A stretch of DNA of 64,000 bases. Origin: Myxococcales bacterium. GTDB lineage: Bacteria; Myxococcota; Myxococcia; Myxococcales; UBA5297. Positions 34,202 through 43,602 of this stretch are shown in pieces. The stretch lies in the NCBI GenBank assembly GCA_050288705.1, contig JBNKEI010000111.1:5872-69871 (forward strand), written 5' to 3'. The position numbers were made by a program, and so were the translations under genes. Numbering within the stretch: the first letter of the stretch is position 1; each line of letters starts with the position of its first letter. Under the pieces are notes generated by a model. That model worked only from the letters and a program-made list of their open reading frames with translations, was not told the origin of the DNA and made no database searches.

Positions 34202-35314
34202 ATGGCGGAGAACTCAGAAGGAACGCAAGAGCAGTCATCGGAGGCAGAAGAGAGTAGGGGAAAACGTCGCGCAGACATGGTTTTCGCAGGAACGGCGGTG
34301 GGTGGATTACTTGCTATTGCACTGCTTTATAGGCACTTCCCGGCAATAATGGGAATGTTGCTGATAGCAGGCCTGCTGTCGTACGCTTTACTGCCTCTAG
34401 TAGACCGGTTGGACCAAAAAATGAACCGAACAGCTGCAGTACTAATCATTGCCTTGCTAGCGATGGGGCTTTTGGTAGGAACTGGAATATTGCTATTTCC
34501 CACAGTTGCGCAAGAACTAACGCAACTACCTAAGATAGCGGAGAGTACTGTAGAACTGGTGAAATCGTTTTTAGTGCGGCTTTCTGCTGTTCTTCCTGCA
34601 CCAGTTTGGGGTGTGATACAGGCGGTAGGTGAGTCGTTATGGAATGCCATTAATAAGGTTAGCCCGTCAAGTATTTCTAGTGCAGCATCGACTGCTCTGA
34701 CGGGTATTGCGGCGGTAGCTAGCAGTATAGTTTTTTTGCCAGTATTGATTTTTCTTATGCTGCGTAGTTATCACCCGATGGTGAAAAAAATTGCATCAAT
34801 GATTCCCCCTCGTTGGAAACCACGATTTGAGGCAAGAATAAAGGAAGCAGATCTGGTTTTGTCAGGGTTCATTCGTGGGCAGCTTCTGGTGGCTTTTGTA
34901 TTAGCGCTAACTTACGGAATTGGCTTTTCTTTAGTGGGAATTCCTTTAGGAGCGGTGGTAGGCCTGTTAGCGGGATTTGCAGAATTGATACCTTTTTTAG
35001 GGTCGATAATTGCAGTTGTTTTTGGGACGTTATTGGCTTTAGTGGGAGGCAAGCCAACCGATGCCTTATGGGTCATCGGAATATATTTCGTAGTACAAGC
35101 TCTGCAAGGTGCTTTGCTTTCCCCCATTGTACTTGGCCAGCAGGCGAGAATTGGACCAGTAGCAGTTATTGTCTCTTTGGCGGTAGGAGCTAATCTTTTT
35201 GGCATTATCGGAATGCTGTTAGCGGTACCTGTAGCAGGGCTGATTAAGGTTGCAACTAGAGCTGCCGCGCACGCATATTGCCAAAGCAATTTTTTTCTCC
35301 GTGAAGCCCCTTGA
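34202..35314 (+). CDS. AI-2E family transporter (PerM/UPF0118)
   Basis: Multi-TM protein with the FAELIPFLGSIIA motif and the family's typical topology. Confidence 0.8.
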   Translation: MAENSEGTQEQSSEAEESRGKRRADMVFAGTAVGGLLAIALLYRHFPAIMGMLLIAGLLSYALLPLVDRLDQKMNRTAAVLIIALLAMGLLVGTGILLFPTVAQELTQLPKIAESTVELVKSFLVRLSAVLPAPVWGVIQAVGESLWNAINKVSPSSISSAASTALTGIAAVASSIVFLPVLIFLMLRSYHPMVKKIASMIPPRWKPRFEARIKEADLVLSGFIRGQLLVAFVLALTYGIGFSLVGIPLGAVVGLLAGFAELIPFLGSIIAVVFGTLLALVGGKPTDALWVIGIYFVVQALQGALLSPIVLGQQARIGPVAVIVSLAVGANLFGIIGMLLAVPVAGLIKVATRAAAHAYCQSNFFLREAP

Positions 35315-35330
35315 AATAATGAACCAACTC

Positions 35331-36047
35331 TTAGCCTGTTTTTTGTGCCCTGCAGGAATCGGAGTCAGGTAGCGAAAGCTCTAAAAGGTGGCCAGAATGC
35401 TCTTGTTTGGCGCGCAAGTATTTTTGATTTTCTGGAGTTACCTGGGTAAGCGAGGGAATACGTTGGTGAACTGGAAGGTATTTTTTTAGTGCGGCAATTT
35501 TTAGAGGATTATTGGTAATTAGATTGACCGACTGAATCCCAAGGTAACAAAGTATATGAGCTGCGACATCGTAGTCACGTAGATCGTCGGGAAAACCGAG
35601 TAGGTGATTAGCTTCATAGGTGTCATGACCTTTGTCTTGAAGAGCGTAGGCTTGGATTTTGTTTCCCAAACCGATTCCTCGACCCTCTTGTCTTAGGTAG
35701 ACCAAAACACCTTGTTTTTCTTGAGAAATTAGGCTAAGAGCATGATCAAGTTGGGCTTTGCAATCGCAGCGCAGGCTCCCAAAAACTTCACTAGTCAAGC
35801 ACTCACTATGGATACGCACCATAACATGGTGTTGCTCGCTGACTTCTCCCATAACCAATGCCAGATGCTCAGCTACATGCTCAGTTTGATGCTCAACCAC
35901 ATGCTCAGAAAGATTTCTGGCATGGGAGTATTCTCGAAAAACAAGAATCCTATAGTCCCCTTTGGGGGTCGGCATTTTTGCCTGAGAAAAGATTTCTACT
36001 CTTTTCCTGATGTCTGCGGCCATTGATGATTTACATTGAGAATCCAT
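35331..36047 (-). CDS. ribA: GTP cyclohydrolase II
   Basis: RIHSECLTSEVFGSLRCDCKAQL, YLRQEGRGIGLGNKIQAY, HLLGFPDDLRDY. Contains a His/Glu-rich insertion (EHVVEHQTEHVAEH). Confidence 0.9.
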   Translation of the reverse strand: MDSQCKSSMAADIRKRVEIFSQAKMPTPKGDYRILVFREYSHARNLSEHVVEHQTEHVAEHLALVMGEVSEQHHVMVRIHSECLTSEVFGSLRCDCKAQLDHALSLISQEKQGVLVYLRQEGRGIGLGNKIQAYALQDKGHDTYEANHLLGFPDDLRDYDVAAHILCYLGIQSVNLITNNPLKIAALKKYLPVHQRIPSLTQVTPENQKYLRAKQEHSGHLLELSLPDSDSCRAQKTG

Positions 36048-36230
36048 GAGTCGAAGCCGTCCTAAACAACCAAAGACACAGCAGATGCAAAGCCAGGTCC
36101 TCGCATCGACCAGTTACACTGAGTTCGCGAGCAAGTATTTTTCCAAGCGCTATTGTCCACTGCTGTCCAATGTGTCGTCCAAAATGTTGTTATAAGCGAC
36201 TTACCCTACAGCAAACACGAGCATCCTGCT

Positions 36231-38516
36231 ATGCCTATCGAAAATCACTCCATCATCACCGCCATCCGAGAAGCGAAACAACCACTAAAAGTGAGTGACC
36301 TACTAGTCCGCTTGCGCCTCTCTTCTGCTTATCGAACAGAATTGAAGCGTGTCTTGCGTAAACTGGTGCGAGCCCAGGATATCGTCAAAGAAGGAAGACG
36401 GTATGGCTTGCCTGAGCATTTTTCAGTTCCTAATAAGGAACCAATAAAAGAGCCTGCGCTATATAGACCCCCTATCAATAAGGCCTCTCGCGGTAAAGCC
36501 CCTCGGTTTGTGGTGGGAATACTGCGAAGGCATCCAGATGGATATGGCTTCGTAGAGCCGCTTAGCGGAAAGAGGGGGGGGCCGTTTTTGCCGCCCGATC
36601 AGGCATGTCAAGCCATGGATGGCGATCTGGTGCACGTTGAATTGGTAGAAGGAGATCGCGGTCGCCCAGTAGGAAAATTTTTGGAGTTAGTAGAAAGACG
36701 AAGAACCCATGCCATAGGTACCTATGTTTACCGAGGGCCGGGATCTTACGTGGCCCCCTTAAACGCTGCGCTTGATCCTATTGGAGTTCCTTGCACTCGC
36801 CTTGCCAAAGACGGCGACTTGGTAAAAGTACATATTACTCGACCTCCCGGGCGTCGGAATGGGGCTGAGGGAGAAATAGTGGTCTCACTAGGCAGCTCGC
36901 CTCATCCATTGTTAGAAATCCTTCAGATTGCCTACGATCATGGATTTTCTGACGAGATAGCCGACAAGATAAAAACAGAAATTAGCGGGCTTCCGGATTC
37001 GCCACGGGAAAGCGACTGCTGTGGCCGACGGGATCTGCGTTCTCTTCGCCTAATTACTATCGATGGAGAAGACGCCCAGGATTTTGACGACGCCGTTTAC
37101 GTTGAGCGGGTAAAAAATGGATTCCGTCTAGTAGTGGCAATTGCTGATGTCGCGCATTACGTACAGCCGGGACAATTACTCGACTTGGAAGCGTTCCGCC
37201 GAGGAAACTCTGTTTACTTCCCCAATTTTGTGCTCCCCATGTTGCCTGAACGGCTCTCCAATGGTCTCTGTTCGCTCAAACCAGAGGAAACCCGCTTGTG
37301 TATGGTAGCGGATCTGGTGTTTGAACGTGGGCAGAATGGGGTGAACTGCGTAGATGCTGACCTATATCAAGGAGTAATGAAAAGCGTGGCGCGCTGCACG
37401 TACACCGAAGTAGCCGAAGTTCTCCAAGGAAAAACTGTAGGGCATCGCGAATTTCTTCGCGGTGATTTTCAAACAATGAAGGAACTTGCCCAATTATTGA
37501 CGATTTCTCGTGCGGAGAGGGGAGCCATTGAATTTGACCTCCCGGAAACTCGCGTCATCTTGAACGAAGATTATCAACCGGTGCAAGTGCAGCGGCGAGA
37601 ACGGAATGTTGCTCACCGGATAATCGAAGAATTCATGCTGGCGGCCAATGAGGCAGTAGCCCGGTACTTTTCGGTTCGCGGTCTCCCTACCGTGTATCGA
37701 GTTCACGGGGAGCCTAATGAGGAGAAGCTAGACTTATTTATGGATATGGCGCGAACTTACGGGTTGACGCTTCCCGAAGAAGAAAGAGATGGCAAGGCGC
37801 TTAATACAATTCTTAAAAAAATTGTAGGAAATCCTGAGCAGCGAACCCTGAACCATTTTCTATTGCGATCAATGATGCAGGCGGTATATAGCCCCGACAA
37901 TATTGGCCATTTTGGTCTAGCAGCGCCTTTTTACCTTCACTTTACTTCGCCAATTCGCCGTTATCCAGATTTGATGGTTCATCGGCTCTTAAAAGAGCAC
38001 TGGGAACGTGGCCAGCGTTCCTTAGATGAGGCGGAAGTGGAAAGGCTTCAACAGCGTTTAGACTCAATTTCATTGCGCTCCAGTGAAAGAGAAAGAGCGG
38101 CAATGGCTGCTGAAAGAGAAGCAAATAGCTATTTTTCAGCGCTTTATCTCCAAGACAAAGTCGGTGAGGAAATGGATGGAATAGTTACCGCAGTAACCGA
38201 TTTTGGCCTGTTTGTAGAGTTAAAAAAGTGCTTCATTGAAGGGCTTATTAAGCTCCAGGACTTGGGCGAAGCAACATTCGACGAGAAACGGCATCGGCTG
38301 GTTTTGCCCAGTGGGCAGAACTTTGCAATAGGGACTGAACTTAGAGTGCGTGTGGCCAGAGTAGATGTTGCTAGTCGGCATATTGATTTGGAATGGTTGC
38401 CTAAAGAGACAAGGCTATCAAATAAGTGCGCTCAAAAGGCTAAAGCCAAGAAAAAAAAGCGGGCAATAAAACGAGTAGTTAGAGGAAGCCAAAAACGTAA
38501 GGCTAAATCTATGTAA
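36231..38516 (+). CDS. rnr: Ribonuclease R
   Basis: RNB domain (ITIDGEDAQDFDDAV...), FTSPIRRYPDL, an S1 domain, and a Lys-rich C-tail. Start placed at MPIENHS. Confidence 0.9.
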   Translation: MPIENHSIITAIREAKQPLKVSDLLVRLRLSSAYRTELKRVLRKLVRAQDIVKEGRRYGLPEHFSVPNKEPIKEPALYRPPINKASRGKAPRFVVGILRRHPDGYGFVEPLSGKRGGPFLPPDQACQAMDGDLVHVELVEGDRGRPVGKFLELVERRRTHAIGTYVYRGPGSYVAPLNAALDPIGVPCTRLAKDGDLVKVHITRPPGRRNGAEGEIVVSLGSSPHPLLEILQIAYDHGFSDEIADKIKTEISGLPDSPRESDCCGRRDLRSLRLITIDGEDAQDFDDAVYVERVKNGFRLVVAIADVAHYVQPGQLLDLEAFRRGNSVYFPNFVLPMLPERLSNGLCSLKPEETRLCMVADLVFERGQNGVNCVDADLYQGVMKSVARCTYTEVAEVLQGKTVGHREFLRGDFQTMKELAQLLTISRAERGAIEFDLPETRVILNEDYQPVQVQRRERNVAHRIIEEFMLAANEAVARYFSVRGLPTVYRVHGEPNEEKLDLFMDMARTYGLTLPEEERDGKALNTILKKIVGNPEQRTLNHFLLRSMMQAVYSPDNIGHFGLAAPFYLHFTSPIRRYPDLMVHRLLKEHWERGQRSLDEAEVERLQQRLDSISLRSSERERAAMAAEREANSYFSALYLQDKVGEEMDGIVTAVTDFGLFVELKKCFIEGLIKLQDLGEATFDEKRHRLVLPSGQNFAIGTELRVRVARVDVASRHIDLEWLPKETRLSNKCAQKAKAKKKKRAIKRVVRGSQKRKAKSM

Positions 38517-38533
38517 GGTTTTTAATTGCTACC

Positions 38534-39019
38534 CTAAGGTTTACCGTCAGATTCACCTGCTAAATAAGCAAGGATAACTTCGTCTAGACTTTTCTCACTA
38601 ATTACGTCTTCTCCAAAAAGTGGGCTTCGTGGTTTGGTGGCAGGAAGAGTGGAAGAAGGTGGAGATTTTAGGGGGATTCCTTTATTGAGCTGAATTTCTG
38701 GGGAATTAATTTTTACTTGTCCTGGTTCATAAACTGGTCGTGAATCTTCCTTGGTCTCAAAATTACCAGCCAAAAGACTTCGCAGCATAGCCTTGTGCTG
38801 CTCCTCCATCAAATCGCGTACGACATCAGAAATATTTTCCGCGTTTATGATGTCAGCATAGGAAGTCTTTTTGGATGCCACCACTGTTCCCCCAACAAAC
38901 AAGTGAGTAGCAATGTATGATTTTTCAATACCAGAATCTTCAGTTTGAATGTGATAGCACTTTCCCTTGTGCTTGACGTTGTGGTTAAAGCCGGGAATTG
39001 CCTTGCTGAAAACATTCAT
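38534..39019 (-). CDS. Conserved-looking hypothetical protein (161 aa)
   Basis: ORF only. The YHIQTEDSG...HLFVGG motif is not assignable by me. Confidence 0.4.
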   Translation of the reverse strand: MNVFSKAIPGFNHNVKHKGKCYHIQTEDSGIEKSYIATHLFVGGTVVASKKTSYADIINAENISDVVRDLMEEQHKAMLRSLLAGNFETKEDSRPVYEPGQVKINSPEIQLNKGIPLKSPPSSTLPATKPRSPLFGEDVISEKSLDEVILAYLAGESDGKP

Positions 39020-39101
39020 AATTTATTCTGACATTCCACCCGGCAAGAAATCTCGTACTAGTGTAGCTCTGTGCAACCCTGGCGGCAAGTCTTCATGCTA
39101 G

Positions 39102-40022
39102 TTAGACAGAAGAATCGAAAAGTCCCCGTACAACCGCTGCAATTGCCAAAGGTGTTCCAATTCGTTCATCCAAAAGACCACGTAATTCCTTAGCGAAAGA
39201 AGCAGTGTCTGGAAAGCGTTCCTGCGGTGACAATGCAAAACCACGCATGATTACTCCATTGAGTTCTACGGAAAGTTGAGAGCGCAATTGGTTCAAAGGT
39301 GCTGGGTTTGCGCAGCGAATGGCAGCGCATACTTCTTCCTTGTTTTTTCCAATAAATGGGCGTTGGTTACATAGCAACTCGTAAATAACTGCTGTCGCCG
39401 CCCATTGGTCGGCATAGGGGTCGATGATTCCCTGTAGTGCTTCTGGCGAAAGGTAATAAGGCTTCCCCCATACCGCAGTATTCTGTTCTTTTCGGTCGCG
39501 GTCCCTTGCGTGAGCTATGCCGAAGTCCCCTAATTTTATCTCTCCAACTCGCGAAATAAAAAGGTTCGAGGGAGAAACATCTCGATGCACAATTCCTTGT
39601 AGCTGACCAGATGGCCCCAGCATGTTATGAGCGTAGGTAAGTGCTTCTAAAAGCGTTACTCCTAGAAAAATGGCAAAATCAATCGGGAGCAGTATGTTTC
39701 GCTGCTTGCATCGCTGCAGTATTTTCCCCAGATCGCGGCCTTCAACATACTCCATGGACATAAAGTGCTGCCCATTTATGGTTCCTGACTCAAAAACCCT
39801 CACGATGTTAGGATGTTGCAGCATGCTGGAAAGCAGCGCTTCATGTTTAAAGAGCTGTACATAATGGGGATTATTCGCAAGACTGGGCAACAATCGTTTG
39901 ACAGCCAGAATATGGGGAGGAGCGTTCTCTCTGCGATCTATGGCGCGAAAGACTTCGGCCATCCCTCCTTTTCCAATAATGTCTACTAGCTCGTAAGGCC
40001 CTAATGTCCCTAGCGACTCCAT
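39102..40022 (-). CDS. Hanks-type Ser/Thr protein kinase
   Basis: GKGGMAEVFRA...AVKRL, HRDVSPSNLF, DFGIA, SPE. Confidence 0.9.
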   Translation of the reverse strand: MESLGTLGPYELVDIIGKGGMAEVFRAIDRRENAPPHILAVKRLLPSLANNPHYVQLFKHEALLSSMLQHPNIVRVFESGTINGQHFMSMEYVEGRDLGKILQRCKQRNILLPIDFAIFLGVTLLEALTYAHNMLGPSGQLQGIVHRDVSPSNLFISRVGEIKLGDFGIAHARDRDRKEQNTAVWGKPYYLSPEALQGIIDPYADQWAATAVIYELLCNQRPFIGKNKEEVCAAIRCANPAPLNQLRSQLSVELNGVIMRGFALSPQERFPDTASFAKELRGLLDERIGTPLAIAAVVRGLFDSSV

Positions 40023-40978
40023 GTAGTTCTCGTGGCTGAGCGCGCTAAACCATTTTTCTGCGCCATCTGTCGAATCATCGAATATTCAAAGGGAACCTTT
40101 TCTCGGAGGGGCTGCAGATCAGGATCGGAATCCATTTCTTGGGGAAACGCGTATCCATTCTCTACCGCACGCTGGAGTGAGCGAAGTGATTCCCTGGTTT
40201 TTCCTTCTCGGGACAATGCGCATGCCAGAAGATAATGGGTGTCATCATTGCTAGGAGCAAAGTGAAGAGCCTTTTCTAAGTATTTCCGTGCACGTGCAGT
40301 GTCTCTAGAAGTCATGAAAGTAATGGCTAAACGACGTAATACCTCGGGATCATTCGGGTTAAGTCTTAACGAATGAAAAAAAGCGCGTTGTGCCGATTCG
40401 TAGTCGCCATCTTGTAAAGAGGCATTTGCTTTTTGGAATAGGGCATTAACCTTGGAAGGAAGCGAATTTCGGCATTCCGATTGCAAGGATTGTAGAGAGC
40501 GGCGGTCGAGTTCAAAGAGGTGGCTGGGAAAAGGAGATTTGCTGCAGCCAGGATCGATTCGCGATTCAACTACCCCCATGATTTTATCGGTGCTTGTGTC
40601 GAAGCTAGCTATAACAAAAAACCATTCCCTAGAAGAACAACCAGATTCTTCCCAGCAAGCACGTACCTCACCAATAAAAATATCATTGGCCAGACGTCCG
40701 TGTAATATTTCGGTTCCTCGGTAAAAATTGCAAACAGGTGATTTCTCCCCCAGGATGCCAACCAGCAGTTGCCCGGAAGACTTTAGCTGTACGCATCCGT
40801 AAGGAGTATTCCAAGTGCCTTGGATAAGCAGTTTAGTTCTTGAAGAGATAGCGCTGTTGTCAACTTCAGAAACCTCGCTAGAGGTTGTGGGCACTTCTTC
40901 AGCGCGATCTAACCCTGCTAGAATTGGTATGGTGAGCAGCAGCCACCAGTAGCCGAGAGCTGTTTTCATTGTAATCAA
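40010..40978 (-). CDS. Secreted TPR-repeat protein
   Basis: N-terminal signal-like helix. C-terminal TPR motifs (YESAQRAFFHSLRLNPNDPEVL..., ARKYLEKALHFAPSNDD...). It overlaps the kinase start by 13 nt. Confidence 0.7.
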   Translation of the reverse strand: MITMKTALGYWWLLLTIPILAGLDRAEEVPTTSSEVSEVDNSAISSRTKLLIQGTWNTPYGCVQLKSSGQLLVGILGEKSPVCNFYRGTEILHGRLANDIFIGEVRACWEESGCSSREWFFVIASFDTSTDKIMGVVESRIDPGCSKSPFPSHLFELDRRSLQSLQSECRNSLPSKVNALFQKANASLQDGDYESAQRAFFHSLRLNPNDPEVLRRLAITFMTSRDTARARKYLEKALHFAPSNDDTHYLLACALSREGKTRESLRSLQRAVENGYAFPQEMDSDPDLQPLREKVPFEYSMIRQMAQKNGLARSATRTTWSR

Positions 40979-41186
40979 TTGGAATAATATCTAGTCATCA
41001 CCTCGTCAATCAATGAGAACAGTGCACAAAGTTAGAGCTAGCCTGTTTCAGAACCCGCTGGCAAGGGGGCTAGTCTACGCACACAAGTTCACTTCATTCC
41101 CGAGCTTCGCTCAGGGAGATGGTTGGCGAATAATAGGGGGTGAGACGGCATCGAAAGCGACCTCGTGGTATCAGGCGAAATTCTGG

Positions 41187-41215
41187 TTGACATGATGGAG
41201 CAAACTCATTATGAG
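41187..41215 (+). promoter_or_regulatory. Sigma70-like promoter for tRNA-Cys
   Basis: TTGACA (41187-41192), a 17-nt spacer, then TATGAG (41210-41215). The tRNA 5' end is 17 nt downstream. Confidence 0.4.
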
Positions 41216-41231
41216 TAGCTTTCTTGTTTTT

Positions 41232-41302
41232 GGCGCCATCGCCAAGTGGTAAGGCTAGGGTCTGCAAAATCCTCATCCCCGGTTCGAATCCGGGTGGCGC
41301 CT
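41232..41302 (+). tRNA. tRNA-Cys (GCA)
   Basis: Acceptor stem ggcgcca / tggcgcc. Anticodon loop cuGCAaa. T-arm ccggttcgaatccgg. Discriminator U. No encoded CCA. Confidence 0.9.
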
Positions 41303-41312
41303 AAACTAGCAG

Positions 41313-42182
41313 TTATTTTCTCGTAAAATCTATAACAATCATTTTGTTGGGAGGGATTGCTAGTTTTTTCAATGCTTTTTTGGTGCAAGCCATTAGCCTG
41401 GTATCGCCTAATGTTTCCGCAATAATTGTTTCTCGGTTTTGGCGGGAAAGAACTAGAGAGCCCTGTAGGGTTGGGTTTCGCCGAAGAACCTTTTGATAGC
41501 AACTAAGCAGATGATTGCTTTTTGGCAAGGTATAGGCAGTGGAAGAGTTGTTTAGCGAAACTTCTATTCCCGCTTTTTCGGGTCGTAGAGCAGTTAGACG
41601 TATATCTACTGTTGGAGTGCCAGAGGAGGAGGGAATAGAAGCTAATCCGTCTTTATTAGTCTGTGCTAAAACTTTTCCTTGATAGCGGATTTCTGCTCCC
41701 ATTAAATCTATAGAGAATATTTGATTGCTAGTTTTATAGTAGGTGCAGGGATACTTTTCCGCCTCCGCGGCGCGGAACATGATTGCCAATGTTACCCCTT
41801 GGCTGTGGATTTTATTGCGAAGATTCTCGACTTGGTTTGGAATAAGATCTAATTCTAGTTGGTCTCTGCCAGAATCGAATAAAACCAAGTTTCCTTGGAA
41901 GGCCCGAAATGGGTGTTCCGTAGAAATAATTACTTGACCCTGGTTGGCTTTGAAATGGCTAATAGTAAAATCTTTTCGTTGTAACTCGATCAGAAAATCG
42001 GTTTTTTTAAGTTTTTGTTCTCTTGATTTTTTTTCAAGGACATCGTTGCCGCTTGGCTCATTTTGCAGTGCAATACAAATATCGCGAGCTTGATTTTGGT
42101 CTTTAATGGGAACTATTTCATTGCCCCATGCAAGAGCAGACATGCTTAAAGAAACCAAAATACACAGGTTACATAATCGCAT
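41313..42182 (-). CDS. Secreted hypothetical protein
   Basis: Signal peptide MRLCNLCILVSLSMSALAWG. No family recognised. Confidence 0.45.
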   Translation of the reverse strand: MRLCNLCILVSLSMSALAWGNEIVPIKDQNQARDICIALQNEPSGNDVLEKKSREQKLKKTDFLIELQRKDFTISHFKANQGQVIISTEHPFRAFQGNLVLFDSGRDQLELDLIPNQVENLRNKIHSQGVTLAIMFRAAEAEKYPCTYYKTSNQIFSIDLMGAEIRYQGKVLAQTNKDGLASIPSSSGTPTVDIRLTALRPEKAGIEVSLNNSSTAYTLPKSNHLLSCYQKVLRRNPTLQGSLVLSRQNRETIIAETLGDTRLMACTKKALKKLAIPPNKMIVIDFTRK

Positions 42183-42322
42183 GACTGACCTTTCTTATGC
42201 TAAAGTCATAGCTAGATTAATGTCTATGCGTTTCCTTGTGTTATAATGTAGGTAAAACATCGCTGATGGTCAAGAAGGATTTTTTCATTCGGAAAATTGC
42301 TAGGATTTATGGGAATTTAAGG

Positions 42323-42733
42323 CTAGGCTCGGGCGCCTATTTGTTCTGCTTTTTTGCGTTCCTCGTAGGCCCGGATGAGGTACCCCATTAGCATTAATGA
42401 AGAAGTGTTTTCCAAGACTTTTTCTGGGTCGCGAGAAATCAGGTTTGAGCTATATGAAAGAAAAAATTGTGCCAAATCCTCGCCTGCCTCGCGTGCTATA
42501 AGCGCGTTGAGATGAGGGGGCTCCATAAAACGAATACTGTTGATAAAATGAATTGCCATGGTTTTTTTGTCTTGAATCACGTCTCTCTCCCAGTTGGATG
42601 ACATGTCCGTGTCGCTGGTCACTTCGGGCAATATCCGGATTAGTTGTGATAGCTGCAATACCCCAACGGCGATTACCTTTTGACGCATCTCGGAGGTCGT
42701 GCCAAAATCCCCCAAACTTTTAATCGTAGTCAT
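42323..42733 (-). CDS. Hypothetical protein (136 aa)
   Basis: ORF only. Confidence 0.35.
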   Translation of the reverse strand: MTTIKSLGDFGTTSEMRQKVIAVGVLQLSQLIRILPEVTSDTDMSSNWERDVIQDKKTMAIHFINSIRFMEPPHLNALIAREAGEDLAQFFLSYSSNLISRDPEKVLENTSSLMLMGYLIRAYEERKKAEQIGARA

Positions 42734-42769
42734 CAGGGCGTGACAGTTTTTGTGTTTGGAGGAGTCGGA

Positions 42770-42958
42770 ATGTTTACGGGCGTGAAGGTCTTTTCAGCAA
42801 CCAAGGCCAAAGAACGTGAAGAATTGGGGGACAATATTACTCGTTGGCTTCGCTCCAACTCAGATCTTGATTTGGTTGATAAAGTGGTAACTCAATCTTC
42901 AGATAATGAATTTCATTGTTTGACAGTAGTTCTGTTTTATCGGGAGAAAAAAAGCTGA
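42770..42958 (+). CDS. Small hypothetical protein (62 aa)
   Basis: ATG preceded by GGAG (42761-42764). I rejected the longer ORF-track start because it overlaps the divergent gene. Confidence 0.35.
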   Translation: MFTGVKVFSATKAKEREELGDNITRWLRSNSDLDLVDKVVTQSSDNEFHCLTVVLFYREKKS

Positions 42959-43136
42959 CTTTGTGCAAAATATGTGCATGTTTGTTTTTTTCTCTGAGCG
43001 CGAGAACCGGATGTGCTTCTCATATCGAAGCTCGTTTAGCGGTCTTCTGATCCTGATCCTTTGAGAATCTGTTGCATTTTCATGCGCATTTTCGTAAAAA
43101 ACCAAACTCTGCTCAATTTGGAAGCGGAGTGGTGAG

Positions 43137-43580
43137 TTGAGAACGAGAGCGGAAGCGAACGAGAGAAGAGAAGTCATTCGGCAAATTCTCCGAGGAGAAA
43201 AAATCGGTGACCAAGATGAGCTTTTGCTGCGGCTGACTCAAAGAGGGATTAGAGTCACTCAGTCGAGTGTTTCTCGCGACCTTACTGCTATGGGAATTGT
43301 AAAGGTCGCCGGACACTACCGGGTGAGTGAAGAATTAGATCAAGAAGAAGCAGCGCTTCTTGGTCTTGCTGGAGCAGTTAGGAAATCGCAAGCCGCTGGC
43401 CCCTACTTGTTGGTGATACATACGCCCCCTGGGCAAGCATCAGCAGTAGCCCTCGCAATAGATAGTGCACGGTGGCCCGAGGTGCTAGGTACCGTGGCAG
43501 GGGATGACACAATTTTTATCGCCACCGACGGGCGGAGAGATCAACGCATGATCAAAGCCCGTCTATCTTGTTTCGCCTGA
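43137..43580 (+). CDS. argR: Arginine repressor
   Basis: RQILRGEKIGDQDELLLRLTQRGIRVTQSSVSRDL (wHTH) and GTVAGDDTIFI (oligomerisation / Arg-binding domain). Confidence 0.85.
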   Translation: MRTRAEANERREVIRQILRGEKIGDQDELLLRLTQRGIRVTQSSVSRDLTAMGIVKVAGHYRVSEELDQEEAALLGLAGAVRKSQAAGPYLLVIHTPPGQASAVALAIDSARWPEVLGTVAGDDTIFIATDGRRDQRMIKARLSCFA

Positions 43581-43602
43581 AGAGGCAGTTCGTGAGGAAT
43601 TT

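Noticed and set aside
36048-36152. Looked for an FMN riboswitch upstream of ribA. Also looked for cobalamin or T-box leaders upstream of the B12-radical SAM gene and trpS.
   Set aside because: The leaders are short (about 46-105 nt for the B12-radical SAM gene and ribA). I could not find the conserved core motifs of these riboswitch classes in any of the three leaders.
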